Of a stretch of 48,202 nt of DNA, positions 39,522 to 48,150 are shown in pieces; the first letter of the stretch is position 1; the number at the start of each line of letters is the position of its first letter. Under the pieces are notes generated by a model. It saw only the letters and a program-made list of their open reading frames with translations, was not told the origin of the DNA and did not search any database. Both the position numbers and the translations under genes were made by a program. The stretch is from positions 1-48,202 of the forward strand of contig DATHLN010000136.1 in assembly GCA_035488115.1 (NCBI GenBank), given 5' to 3'. This DNA comes from Candidatus Limnocylindrales bacterium. Lineage in GTDB: Bacteria; Vulcanimicrobiota; Vulcanimicrobiia; Vulcanimicrobiales; Vulcanimicrobiaceae.

Positions 39522-39698
39522 AAAAGCGACGAGGCCGCCCAGGTTTCCCCGTGCGGCCTCGTCAGCGTGAGAATCGATCTGCGCGTGTCCTCGCCGATTC
39601 ATCGTCGGCCAAGACGGCGTCGAACTCGCCTCGATGCCTCGTCGCCTCGGCACCGGTGAGCTTCTCGCGGGCTCACCCGCCTTCGTCGCCTCCGGCGT
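39522..39698 (-). ncRNA. Putative structured ncRNA, copy 3 (shorter)
   Basis: ggtgagc-ccgcgagaa-gctcacc hairpin with a compensatory change; terminator gacgaggccgc...gcggcctcgtc-gctttt. Confidence 0.7.
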
Positions 39699-39704
39699 GG
39701 ACGC

Positions 39705-39733
39705 ATCATAGTTCGACTCGCGGCGCGGCGCAA
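39705..39733 (-). promoter_or_regulatory. sigma70-type promoter TTGCGC-17-TATGAT
   Basis: Same hexamers and position as in the other two copies. Confidence 0.7.
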
Positions 39734-39807
39734 GGGGTTCAGGCCGGATCGTTACGCAGCCTGACAAATCCGGAGTTATCCACCGTGTTCGCGAATCGTT
39801 CGCGATG

Positions 39808-40551
39808 TCACCCGCCGAGGTACGCCGCGACGACGTCGCGGTGCGTCGCGAGCTCGGCGCCCGTCCCGGTCAGGACGATCCGCCCGCGCTCCATGACGTA
39901 GGCGCGGTCGGCGAGCGCGAGGGCGCGGCGCGCATTCTGCTCGACGAGCAAAATGGACGTCCCGCGAGCCCGCTCGTCGGCGACGATGGCGAAGATCTCG
40001 TCGACCAGCTTCGGCGCGAGCCCCATCGAGGGCTCGTCGAGGAGCAGGGCGCGGGGCCCGATCGCCAGCGCGCGCGCGATCGCGAGCATCTGCTGCTCGC
40101 CGCCCGAGAGCGAGCCCGCCGGGACGTTGCGCCGCGCGCGCAGGATCGGGAAGCGGTCGAAGAGCCCGCCGATCCGCGCGTAGCCTTCGGATCCGCGCGC
40201 GCTCGCGGCGACCTGGAGGTTCTCCTCGACGCTCATCCCGGGGAGCATCCGGCGCCCTTCGGGGACGAGGACGAGGCCGAGCTTGACCCGCGCGTGCGAG
40301 GAGAGCCGGGTGATCTCGGCGCCGTCGAAGCGGACGTGCCCGCCGCGGATCGGGCGGACGCCGGCGAGCGCCATCAGCAGCGTCGTCTTCCCGGCGCCGT
40401 TCGCGCCGACGATCGCGCACAGCGTCCGCTCCTGCAGCTCGATCGAGACGTCGTGCAGCACCTCGATGTTCCCGTAGCCCGAGCGCAGCGAGTCGACCGC
40501 GAGCAGCGGTGCCGCCGCCGGCGCCGGAACGGGAGCCGGGACCGCGCTCAC
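39808..40551 (-). CDS. livF: ABC transporter ATPase (LivF-like)
   Basis: GANGAGKTT, LSGGEQQML, DEPSMGLAP and VEQN. Confidence 0.9.
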   Translation of the reverse strand: MSAVPAPVPAPAAAPLLAVDSLRSGYGNIEVLHDVSIELQERTLCAIVGANGAGKTTLLMALAGVRPIRGGHVRFDGAEITRLSSHARVKLGLVLVPEGRRMLPGMSVEENLQVAASARGSEGYARIGGLFDRFPILRARRNVPAGSLSGGEQQMLAIARALAIGPRALLLDEPSMGLAPKLVDEIFAIVADERARGTSILLVEQNARRALALADRAYVMERGRIVLTGTGAELATHRDVVAAYLGG

Positions 40552-41267
40552 GCGAGCGCCTCCGCGCCGCTGCCGAGATACGCCTCGACGACGACCGGAT
40601 CGCGCGCGACCTCCGACGGCGTGCCGCGCGCGATGACCTCGCCGAAGTTGAGCACGACGACGCTGTCACAGGCCGCGCGCACCAGCGGCATGTCGTGCTC
40701 GATCAGCAGCACCGCGATCCCGCTCGCAGCGATCGCGCGGATCGTCTCCACCAGGCGCGACGTCTCCGACGGGTTCATCCCGGCGGCCGGCTCGTCGAGC
40801 ATCAGCACCTTCGGCGAGGCGGCGAGCGCGCGCGCGATCTCGAGCCGCCGCTGGTCGCCGTAGGGCAGCGCGCCGGCCCGCGCGTCGAGGTCGATCCCCG
40901 GGATCCCGGCGCGCTCGAGCAGCGCCGCGATCTCGTCGTTCGTCAGCCGCGTCTTGCGCGCGTACGCGCCGGCGGCAAGGTTCGCGCGGACGTCGAGCGC
41001 GCCGAAGAGCCGGATGTTCTGATAGGTCCGCGCGATTCCGGTGCGCGCGATCAGGTGCGGCGGGAGCGAGTTGATGCGCGCGCCGTCGAGCGAGATCTGC
41101 CCCGTCGCGAGCGGCGCGAGCCCGGTCGTCGCGTTGACGAGCGTCGTCTTGCCGGCGCCGTTCGGCCCGATCAGACCGACGACGTGCGACGGCACGACCG
41201 TGAGCGTGACGTCCTTGAGCGCGTCGACGCCGCCGTACCGGACGCTCACGTGCTCGAGCGCGAGCAT
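40548..41267 (-). CDS. livG: ABC transporter ATPase (LivG-like)
   Basis: GPNGAGKTT, LPYGDQRRLEIARAL and DEPAAGMN. Confidence 0.9.
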   Translation of the reverse strand: MLALEHVSVRYGGVDALKDVTLTVVPSHVVGLIGPNGAGKTTLVNATTGLAPLATGQISLDGARINSLPPHLIARTGIARTYQNIRLFGALDVRANLAAGAYARKTRLTNDEIAALLERAGIPGIDLDARAGALPYGDQRRLEIARALAASPKVLMLDEPAAGMNPSETSRLVETIRAIAASGIAVLLIEHDMPLVRAACDSVVVLNFGEVIARGTPSEVARDPVVVEAYLGSGAEALA

Positions 41268-42134
41268 CTACGCGTGCACGCGAACCGGATCGCGCGGCGC
41301 GCCGCGGCGCCATTTCCACAGCGACGCGAGCCCGCCCGGCGCGAACAGGATGACGACGAGCAGGATGATCCCGTTGCTGACCTCGCGGTAGTCGGCCAGG
41401 AAGCGGATCGCTTCGGGGAGGATCGAGAGCGCGGTCGAACCGATCACCGCGCCGACCGGGCTGGTGACGCCGCCGACGACGCACCACACCAGGATCTGCT
41501 CCATGCGCGCGAAGCCGAAGTCGTTCGGCGTGATGAAGAAGGAGGCGTGCGCGTAGAGCGCGCCGCCGAGCCCTGCGATCGCGCCGCCGAGCGCCAGCGA
41601 GAGCGTGCGGATCGCGCCGACGTCGATCCCGACCCCGCGCGCCGCGTACTCGTCCTCGCGCACCAGCGCGACGGCCAGCGCGAACTTCGTCCGCGAGAGC
41701 AGCCACAGCGCGATCGCGACGACGGCGAGCGAGCCGTAGATCACGGGAGTCGTCGCATCGTTCGGGATCCCGCTCATCCCCTCGGCGCCGCCGGTGATCT
41801 TCAAGTTGTTCGCGATCACGCGCACGATCTCGCCGAAGCCGATCGTCGCGATCGCGAGGAAGACGCCGCGCAGCCGGCGGACGGGGTACGCGAGCAGCGC
41901 CGCGACGACCGTCGAAACCAGCACCGCCGCGACGATCGTCGCGAGGAGCGGCCAGTGGTAGTTCAGCGCGAGGATCGCCGAGACGTACGCCGCGATCCCC
42001 ATGAACGCGGCCTGCGCGAGCGCGAGCTGACCCGCCTGCAGGGAGACCGAGAGCGAGAGCGCCAGAATCGCGTTGACGCCGATCTGGTCGATCAGCCGCG
42101 AGTGCTTCGCGTAGAAGTCGAGCAGCGTCTGCAC
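41268..42134 (-). CDS. livM: ABC transporter permease (LivM-like)
   Basis: RLRGVFLAIATIGFGEI, TGGAEG and REDEYAA. Confidence 0.88.
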   Translation of the reverse strand: MQTLLDFYAKHSRLIDQIGVNAILALSLSVSLQAGQLALAQAAFMGIAAYVSAILALNYHWPLLATIVAAVLVSTVVAALLAYPVRRLRGVFLAIATIGFGEIVRVIANNLKITGGAEGMSGIPNDATTPVIYGSLAVVAIALWLLSRTKFALAVALVREDEYAARGVGIDVGAIRTLSLALGGAIAGLGGALYAHASFFITPNDFGFARMEQILVWCVVGGVTSPVGAVIGSTALSILPEAIRFLADYREVSNGIILLVVILFAPGGLASLWKWRRGAPRDPVRVHA

Positions 42135-42150
42135 CGCGGCGCCTCGCGCG

Positions 42151-43032
42151 CTACGCGGCGCGCAGCGCGCGCTTGCCGAACAGGCCGGTCGGGCGCAGCA
42201 CCAGCAGCACGAACATCACGCCGAAGAGGATCGCGTCGCGCCACTCGGAGAGCCCGTAGGCGATCGCGAGCGTCTCGACCGCGCCGAGGATGAACCCGCC
42301 GATCACGGCGCCGGTGACGCTCCCCATCCCGCCGAGGATGATCACCGCGAGACCTTTGAGCTCGATCGGTCCGCCCATGTCGAGCGTGATGCTGTTGTAG
42401 CGCAGCGCGGTCAGCACGCCGGCCGCGCCGCCGAGCGAGGAGGCGATGAAGAACGTCGCTGCGATCGTGAGCTCCAGATTCACGCCGAGCAGCGCCGCCG
42501 CGACGCGGTCCTCCGCGACCGCGCGAATCCGCCGCCCGAGCGGCGTCGCGCGCAGGACCCAGCTGAGCACCAGCATCAGCACGATCGCCGCCAGGAAGAT
42601 CGTCAGCTCGACGGTGGTGAACGTGACCGGCCCGGCGTGGATCACCGGCGCCGTGTCGAGTCCGCCGACGGTGAAGTGCCGCTCGTCGACGCCGTAGATC
42701 CCGCGCAGCACCGCGCCGATGATGATCGCGACGCCGATCGAGGAGATCAGCGGGACGAGCGTCCCGGCGTTGCGCGCGCGCAGCGGCGCGAACGCGACGC
42801 GGTCGAGCAGAATCCCCATGATCCCGGCCATCACGGCGGCGATCAGGAACGCGAGGACGAGCGGGACGCCCATCCCCGCGAGCGAGAACGCGGCGAACGC
42901 GGCGGCCGTGAAGATCGCCGCGTGCGCCAGATTGAGGATGTCGAGCACGCCGAAGACCAGCGTGTACCCGACCGCGAACAGCGCGTAGACCGCGCCGAGG
43001 AACAGCCCGTTCAGCAGCTGCTGTGCTAGCAT
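42151..43032 (-). CDS. livH: ABC transporter permease (LivH-like)
   Basis: QQLLNGL...YALFAVGYTLVFG, LNLAH, GGMGS and RPTGLFG. Confidence 0.9.
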   Translation of the reverse strand: MLAQQLLNGLFLGAVYALFAVGYTLVFGVLDILNLAHAAIFTAAAFAAFSLAGMGVPLVLAFLIAAVMAGIMGILLDRVAFAPLRARNAGTLVPLISSIGVAIIIGAVLRGIYGVDERHFTVGGLDTAPVIHAGPVTFTTVELTIFLAAIVLMLVLSWVLRATPLGRRIRAVAEDRVAAALLGVNLELTIAATFFIASSLGGAAGVLTALRYNSITLDMGGPIELKGLAVIILGGMGSVTGAVIGGFILGAVETLAIAYGLSEWRDAILFGVMFVLLVLRPTGLFGKRALRAA

Positions 43033-43035
43033 GCT

Positions 43036-43071
43036 TGCGGCGCATCCTTCGAAAGGCTCAGGATGACATTG
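43036..43071. repeat. REP-like repeat between SBP and permease genes
   Basis: tgcggcgcatccttcgaaaggctcaggatgacattg, two mismatches to 38558-38593. Confidence 0.85.
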
Positions 43072-43113
43072 GGGCTGAGCACCGTCTACGCGCTCTCGCT
43101 CACGTCAGTCACG

Positions 43114-44250
43114 TCAGTGAAAATACGTGAATCCGCCCTTGACGATCGAGAGGATCACCGGGCTCGACTTGGCGTCGCGGTTGCTGTCGAAGCCGATCGG
43201 GCCGAGGACCGTCTGGATCGAGCGGACGTTCTTGAGCGCCGAGAGCATCTCGTCTTTGTTCGTCGCGCCGCCCTTGACGAGCGCGGCGACGATCTGCGCG
43301 GCCGCGTACGACTGCGCCGCGAACTGGTCGGGGCCTTTCCCGTACTTCGCGGTGTAGTGCTTCACGAACTCGACGTTCGAGGGATACTTCGCGCCCGAGT
43401 ACCAAGCCGCGCCGACGACCGTCCCTTGCGCTGCCGGACCCGCCACGCTGTACATGTCGGGCGCGTTCAAGCCGTTGCCGCCGATCATGTGCGTCTTGAT
43501 CCCGAGCTTCCCGGCCTGCTGGATGATCTTCGTCGCCTCGGGGAAGAGCGCGCCGATCGCGATCACGTCGGGGTGCTTCGACTCGATCCGCGTGAGCGCG
43601 GGCTGGAAGTCGGTGTCCTTGATGTGGAACGTCTCGGTGTCGACGACGTCGACGCCGGCGGCCTTCAGCTCGCGGGCGAAGATGTCGCCGTCGGTCTTGG
43701 TGAAGGCGTTGTCGTCGCCGTAGATGATCGCCGCGGTCTTGTAGTGCCACTTGTCGTGCGTGCGCTTCACCGTGGTCGGGATCACCTGCGACTCGGCGAG
43801 CGAGTCGCGGTAGACGGTCGGCCCGATCGCCGTCACGCCTTCGGCCGTCGTCGAGGTTCCCATCACCGGGAAGTTCGCGTTCTTTGCAATCGGGAAGGCT
43901 TTGAACGCTTCGCCCGAGAGCGTCGGGCCGAGCACGATCGGCGTCTGCCCGTCGGTGGTGAACTTCTGCATCAGGTTGACGACCTGGGCGCCGTCGGTCG
44001 CCGCGTCCTGGACGTCGAAGACCAAGTCCGCGCCGCCCGCGTCGATCTTGCCGGACTTGACGTCCTCGTTGGCGAGCTCGTACGCGTTCTTCTGCGGGGT
44101 GCCGTAGACGCCGGCGGCGCCGGTGACGTCGGCGATCACGCCGACGTGCACGTGCTTGCCGGCCGCCGGTCCTCTCGGTGCTGCGCTCGACGGCGCGACG
44201 AGCGCGGCGAGCGCGACGAGCGCGAGCGCCGAGACCGTGAATCGGTTCAT
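43114..44250 (-). CDS. Branched-chain amino acid ABC substrate-binding protein (LivK/J-like)
   Basis: Sec signal; GVIADVTG, LGPTLS, DTDFQ and PDQFAAQSY; GGAG RBS and ATGA overlap support the start at 44250. Confidence 0.88.
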   Translation of the reverse strand: MNRFTVSALALVALAALVAPSSAAPRGPAAGKHVHVGVIADVTGAAGVYGTPQKNAYELANEDVKSGKIDAGGADLVFDVQDAATDGAQVVNLMQKFTTDGQTPIVLGPTLSGEAFKAFPIAKNANFPVMGTSTTAEGVTAIGPTVYRDSLAESQVIPTTVKRTHDKWHYKTAAIIYGDDNAFTKTDGDIFARELKAAGVDVVDTETFHIKDTDFQPALTRIESKHPDVIAIGALFPEATKIIQQAGKLGIKTHMIGGNGLNAPDMYSVAGPAAQGTVVGAAWYSGAKYPSNVEFVKHYTAKYGKGPDQFAAQSYAAAQIVAALVKGGATNKDEMLSALKNVRSIQTVLGPIGFDSNRDAKSSPVILSIVKGGFTYFH

Positions 44251-45050
44251 CCTGTACTCCATGAGTCGTGTGAGCTGGCTAAGTACGGGCGGAGCGCCCG
44301 CATGAACGCCCCGAAGCGCAGGTCGTTCTCCTCACTGCTCGGGAGTTCCGTGTAGACGACGACGATCCAGCGCGATCCGTCGTGCAGCGTCAGGATCCCG
44401 CCGTCGTGCGCGCACTCGTCGGTGTCGCCCGTCTTGTGGGCGAAGGCGTCCCCTGCGTCGAGACCGCGCGACAGCTTCACGTCCCACCACGACGTCGCGA
44501 GGATCCGCCGCAGCGCGGCCGCGTCGGGGACGCGATCCTCCGCGATCGCCGCGAAGAGCTCCGCCGCTTCGCGCGCCGGAAACGTGTTCCGGCCGCTCGC
44601 CTCGGGGTCGTCGATCAGCGGCAGCGAACCCGAGAGCTTCCGGCGGAAGACCGTCTCGGTGAAGCCGAGCGCGTGCACGTCCGCGGTCGCGCGCTCGCGC
44701 CCCAGGACGTCGTAGAGCTGGTTGGTCGCGACGTTGTCCGAGCGCTGGAGCATCAGCGTGATGAGCTCCTCGACCGTCGTCTCGTAGCCGGGGACCATCG
44801 GCGAGGGCGCATCGTTGACGGTCGCGTTCCGCGCGTCGACGGTGACCCGGGTGTCCCAGCGCAGCCGGCCTTCCGTCATGGCGACGGCCGCGGCGACCGC
44901 CAGCGGGACCTTGATCATCGAGGCCGGGTAGATCGGCCGCCCGTCGTCCCGGCTCCAGGCGGGACCGCCCGGGGCGAGGCTGCGGACGTGCATCTGCGAT
45001 TCGCCCAAGCCCGTTTGCTCGGCGAGCTCCGCTAGGTCGGGTCGGCGCAT
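44247..45050 (-). CDS. Class A beta-lactamase-like serine hydrolase (no signal peptide)
   Basis: PASMIK (SxxK), SDN and HKTG. Confidence 0.85.
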   Translation of the reverse strand: MRRPDLAELAEQTGLGESQMHVRSLAPGGPAWSRDDGRPIYPASMIKVPLAVAAAVAMTEGRLRWDTRVTVDARNATVNDAPSPMVPGYETTVEELITLMLQRSDNVATNQLYDVLGRERATADVHALGFTETVFRRKLSGSLPLIDDPEASGRNTFPAREAAELFAAIAEDRVPDAAALRRILATSWWDVKLSRGLDAGDAFAHKTGDTDECAHDGGILTLHDGSRWIVVVYTELPSSEENDLRFGAFMRALRPYLASSHDSWSTG

Positions 45051-45060
45051 ACCGGCGGTC

Positions 45061-45125
45061 TGCAAGCAGGTACTTGCACGAATCCAAGCGACCTGGTAAA
45101 GTGTTCATGCAAGTACCCGCACGCA
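45061..45125 (+). promoter_or_regulatory. Promoter TTGCAC-17-TAAAGT (extended -10) flanked by two related palindromic operators (45061-45078, 45108-45125), probably TetR sites
   Basis: tgcaag-caggta-cttgca overlaps -35; the second site matches its reverse complement at 15/18. Confidence 0.7.
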
Positions 45126-45136
45126 CGAGACACGTC

Positions 45137-46120
45137 ATGGAAGATATTCTGAATCACACGCCACTTCGTTTGCACGCCGACGCCCAGGACGCCCGTCCGC
45201 GAATCACCAGCGCCGTCGACGAGCTCCTCGCCGCCGAACAGGAGAGCCCCCGCCTGCGCGTGGTGCTCGGCGGCAACCGCCTCCCCGCCGACACGATCGC
45301 GGCGCTCGTCACCGGCTTGCGCCGGCTGCGCGAGCGCGGCGGCGCGGTCGAGGTCACGCCCGACAGCGGCCCGGTCCGCGACGCGCTCGCCCTCAACGGG
45401 CTCGATCGCGTCTTCGCGTTCCCGCTGAACCCCGAGGAGCGCCGCCCGCGCCGCAACCTGCTGAGCCGGCTCGCCGCCGCGTCGTTCGCGGCGCTGTTCG
45501 CGTTTCTCGGGATCCCGGCGTACGCGGCCGCCGACCGCCCGACCGATCCGGCGGCGATCCTCGCCAAGGTCGAGGAGCGCAACCCGAGCCTCAACACGTA
45601 CCAGGGCCGGCTGCACGTCGACCTGCGCATGACGTCGTTCCCGTTCCTCATGCAGCACCTCGACGGAACGACGTACTACAAGCGGCCCTCGAACTACGAG
45701 GTCGTCTTCGACCGCGTCCCGCCGCTCGCGAAGGGCTTCGACAAGATGTTCGCGGACATCGGCGACCCCGCGAACTGGGAGAAGCGCTTCCACATCACCT
45801 ACGAGGGCGAGAAGGACTACAACGGCCGCAAGGACCTCGCGCTGCGGCTCGTGCAGCGCGTGCGCGGGATGATCGACCACGAGACCGTGCTGATCGATCC
45901 CGGCTCGTGGCAGATCGACTCGATCCGCTACGATTACTACAATGGCGGGCACATCACGATGACGCAGACGTTCCGCGAGGTCGGCGGCTACTCGATGCTC
46001 GCCGAGCAGAACGCCGAGATTGCGATCCCGTACGCGAAAGCCGTCGCTCACGGCACCTACGCCGACTACAAGACCAACGTCGCGATCGACGACGCGGTCT
46101 TCACGAAGAAGCACAACTGA
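45137..46120 (+). CDS. STAS-like domain + TM/signal segment + LolA/lipoprotein-sorting-like domain protein
   Basis: LVTGLRRLRERGGAV...VRDALALNGLDRVF (STAS C-terminus), a hydrophobic segment, then a beta-rich domain (VLIDPGSWQIDSIRYDY). Confidence 0.65.
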   Translation: MEDILNHTPLRLHADAQDARPRITSAVDELLAAEQESPRLRVVLGGNRLPADTIAALVTGLRRLRERGGAVEVTPDSGPVRDALALNGLDRVFAFPLNPEERRPRRNLLSRLAAASFAALFAFLGIPAYAAADRPTDPAAILAKVEERNPSLNTYQGRLHVDLRMTSFPFLMQHLDGTTYYKRPSNYEVVFDRVPPLAKGFDKMFADIGDPANWEKRFHITYEGEKDYNGRKDLALRLVQRVRGMIDHETVLIDPGSWQIDSIRYDYYNGGHITMTQTFREVGGYSMLAEQNAEIAIPYAKAVAHGTYADYKTNVAIDDAVFTKKHN

Positions 46121-46713
46121 TGCTGATCACCGGACACCGTTCGCACGCCGGCGTCGAAGAGACGCGCGGCAAGATCCTGGCCGCGGCGCGCGAGCTTTTC
46201 GAGCGCAACGGCACGCGCGGGACGACCACGCGTGAGGTCGCGGAGCGAGCGGGGGTCAACGAGGCGACGCTGTTCCGGCACTTCGGCTCGAAGCGCGCGC
46301 TGCTCGACGCGATGCGCGAGCAGGCCTGCGGGGTCGCGGAGTTCCGCTCGATCCTGGCCTCGCTGCCGGGCGACGACCTCGCGACGGACTTGCGCATCCT
46401 TGCTTACGAGATCGTCGAGGGGATGATGGCGCGGCGCGGGATGATGTGCGTCTCGCTCGCCGAGGACGCCGCCGGGACCGCCGAGTCCCCGGAATGGCGC
46501 GGTCCGGCGCAGATCAAGGCCGAGCTGGCCTCGTATTTCGAGGAGAAGCTGCGCGAAGGGCTGATCCGCGGCGAGCCGGCGTTCGTGTCGCGCTATTTCT
46601 TGGGCATGCTCTTCTCGTACGTGGTCGGGCGCAAGCTCTGGGACAGCACCGTCCCGGACCGCGCCGTGCTCGACCGCATCGTCGACGTCTTCCTCAACGG
46701 AGTCACCGCGTAA
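46120..46713 (+). CDS. TetR/AcrR family regulator
   Basis: ILAAARELF...TTTREVAERAGVNEATLFRHFGSK. Confidence 0.93.
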   Translation: MLITGHRSHAGVEETRGKILAAARELFERNGTRGTTTREVAERAGVNEATLFRHFGSKRALLDAMREQACGVAEFRSILASLPGDDLATDLRILAYEIVEGMMARRGMMCVSLAEDAAGTAESPEWRGPAQIKAELASYFEEKLREGLIRGEPAFVSRYFLGMLFSYVVGRKLWDSTVPDRAVLDRIVDVFLNGVTA

Positions 46714-46714
46714 C

Positions 46715-48142
46715 TTGGAAACCCGAACCGAGACCCCCCCGGCGCAGCGGACCACCGTCACGGACGGCGGTCGCGGCGCCGCGCCGCCGCCGAGCGCGCC
46801 GGGCGCGCCTCCGAGCGGGACGACCGTCGAGACGGAGACGACGACCAAACGTCGCCGGCCGCCGGTGTGGGTCATCGTGATCGGGGCGATCGTCGTGATC
46901 GCCGCGCTGATCTGGGGCTATCATTATCTCTCGTACGCGACGACCCACCAGACGACCGACGACGCCCGGGTCGACGCCGACCCGGTGACGGTCTCGAGCA
47001 AGATCGCGGAGCGCGTCGCCCAGGTTCTGGTCGACACGAACCAGCGCGTCAGCAAGGGACAGATCCTGATCCGGCTCGACGACACCGACGAGCGGACCGC
47101 GGTCCAGCAGGCGCAGGCCGCGCTCCAGGCGCAGCGCGCGAACGCGCGCGCCGCGCAGGAGAACGTCTCGCTGACCGCCGCGCAGGTCGCGGCGCAGTCG
47201 ACGCAGGGGAGCGGCGGCGTCGCCGCGGCGCAGAGCTCGATTGCCAGCGCGGCCGCGCAGGCGCAGTCGGCGCAGCAGCAAGCCGACGCGGCGCGCACCG
47301 CGATCGCGCAGGCGCAGGACCAAGTGCGCGTCGCGCAGGCGCAGGTTCCGGCCGCGCGTGCGGCATTGGACCGCGCGAACGCCGATCTGTCGCGCTACAC
47401 CGCGCTGGTGCGCACCGGCGACATCGCCTCGCAGCAGCTCGACGCGCAGCGCGCGGCGCAAGCGCAGGCGGCTTCGCAGTACCGCGCCGCGGTCGACAAC
47501 GTCGCGGCGGCGCAGAGCGCGGTCGCGCAGGCGCAGGCGCGCTACACCTCGGCGATCGCGGCGGCGAACGCGGCGAGCGCGGGGATCGGCGCGCAGCAGG
47601 GACAGCTGCAGACGGCGCAAGGGCGCTTGAGCGAGAGCGACAACCCGTACCGTGTCTCGGCGACGAAGGCGCAGGCGGATGCGGCGTACGCGCAAGCGGG
47701 CTCGCTGCAAGCGCAGGTCACCGCGGCGCAGAACCGGCTCTCGTACACGGTGATCCGCTCGCCGATCGACGGCTACGTCGGGATGAAGAACGCCGAGGTC
47801 GGCGCGGCAGTGACGCCCGGACAATCGCTGATGACGCTGATCCCGGCGAAGGGCACGTACATCACCGCGAACTACAAGGAGACGCAGCTCGGCAAGGTGC
47901 GCGTCGGACAGCCGGTCGACATCAGCGTCGATGCGTACAAGGGCGTCGACTTCCACGGCCACGTCGCGGCGATCGCGCCCGCCTCGCAGAACACGTTCAG
48001 CCTGGTTCCGGCGCAGAACGCGACGGGGAACTTCGTGAAGGTCACGCAGCGATTGCCGGTCCGCATCGTCGTCGACGATCCGCCGGCCGCCATGCCGCTG
48101 CGCGTCGGGATGTCGGTCGAGACCTCGATCGCGGTCAAGTAG
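46715..48142 (+). CDS. HlyD/EmrA family efflux membrane fusion protein
   Basis: TDDARV, long Ala/Gln coiled coil, IRSPIDG, ANYKETQL and NATGNFVKVTQRLPVRI. Confidence 0.92.
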   Translation: METRTETPPAQRTTVTDGGRGAAPPPSAPGAPPSGTTVETETTTKRRRPPVWVIVIGAIVVIAALIWGYHYLSYATTHQTTDDARVDADPVTVSSKIAERVAQVLVDTNQRVSKGQILIRLDDTDERTAVQQAQAALQAQRANARAAQENVSLTAAQVAAQSTQGSGGVAAAQSSIASAAAQAQSAQQQADAARTAIAQAQDQVRVAQAQVPAARAALDRANADLSRYTALVRTGDIASQQLDAQRAAQAQAASQYRAAVDNVAAAQSAVAQAQARYTSAIAAANAASAGIGAQQGQLQTAQGRLSESDNPYRVSATKAQADAAYAQAGSLQAQVTAAQNRLSYTVIRSPIDGYVGMKNAEVGAAVTPGQSLMTLIPAKGTYITANYKETQLGKVRVGQPVDISVDAYKGVDFHGHVAAIAPASQNTFSLVPAQNATGNFVKVTQRLPVRIVVDDPPAAMPLRVGMSVETSIAVK

Positions 48143-48150
48143 GCCCCGCG

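Noticed and set aside
39610-39640. tRNA suggested by GTTCGA on the minus strand (also near 39262)
   Set aside because: No cloverleaf, acceptor stem or CCA could be built; the motif is one side of a tcga/tcga stem.
38644-39733. CRISPR array interpretation of the repeated units
   Set aside because: Units are about 200 nt, diverged and irregularly spaced, each with its own promoter; no cas genes in the window.
38512-39901. Several 66-267 aa ORFs in the gap between the His-rich protein and livF
   Set aside because: Arg/Pro/Ser-rich, no host codon bias, and not conserved between the three repeat units; the region is better explained by ncRNAs and repeats.
47090-47740. gcgcag-rich periodic DNA
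   Set aside because: Encodes the Ala/Gln coiled coil of the HlyD protein.
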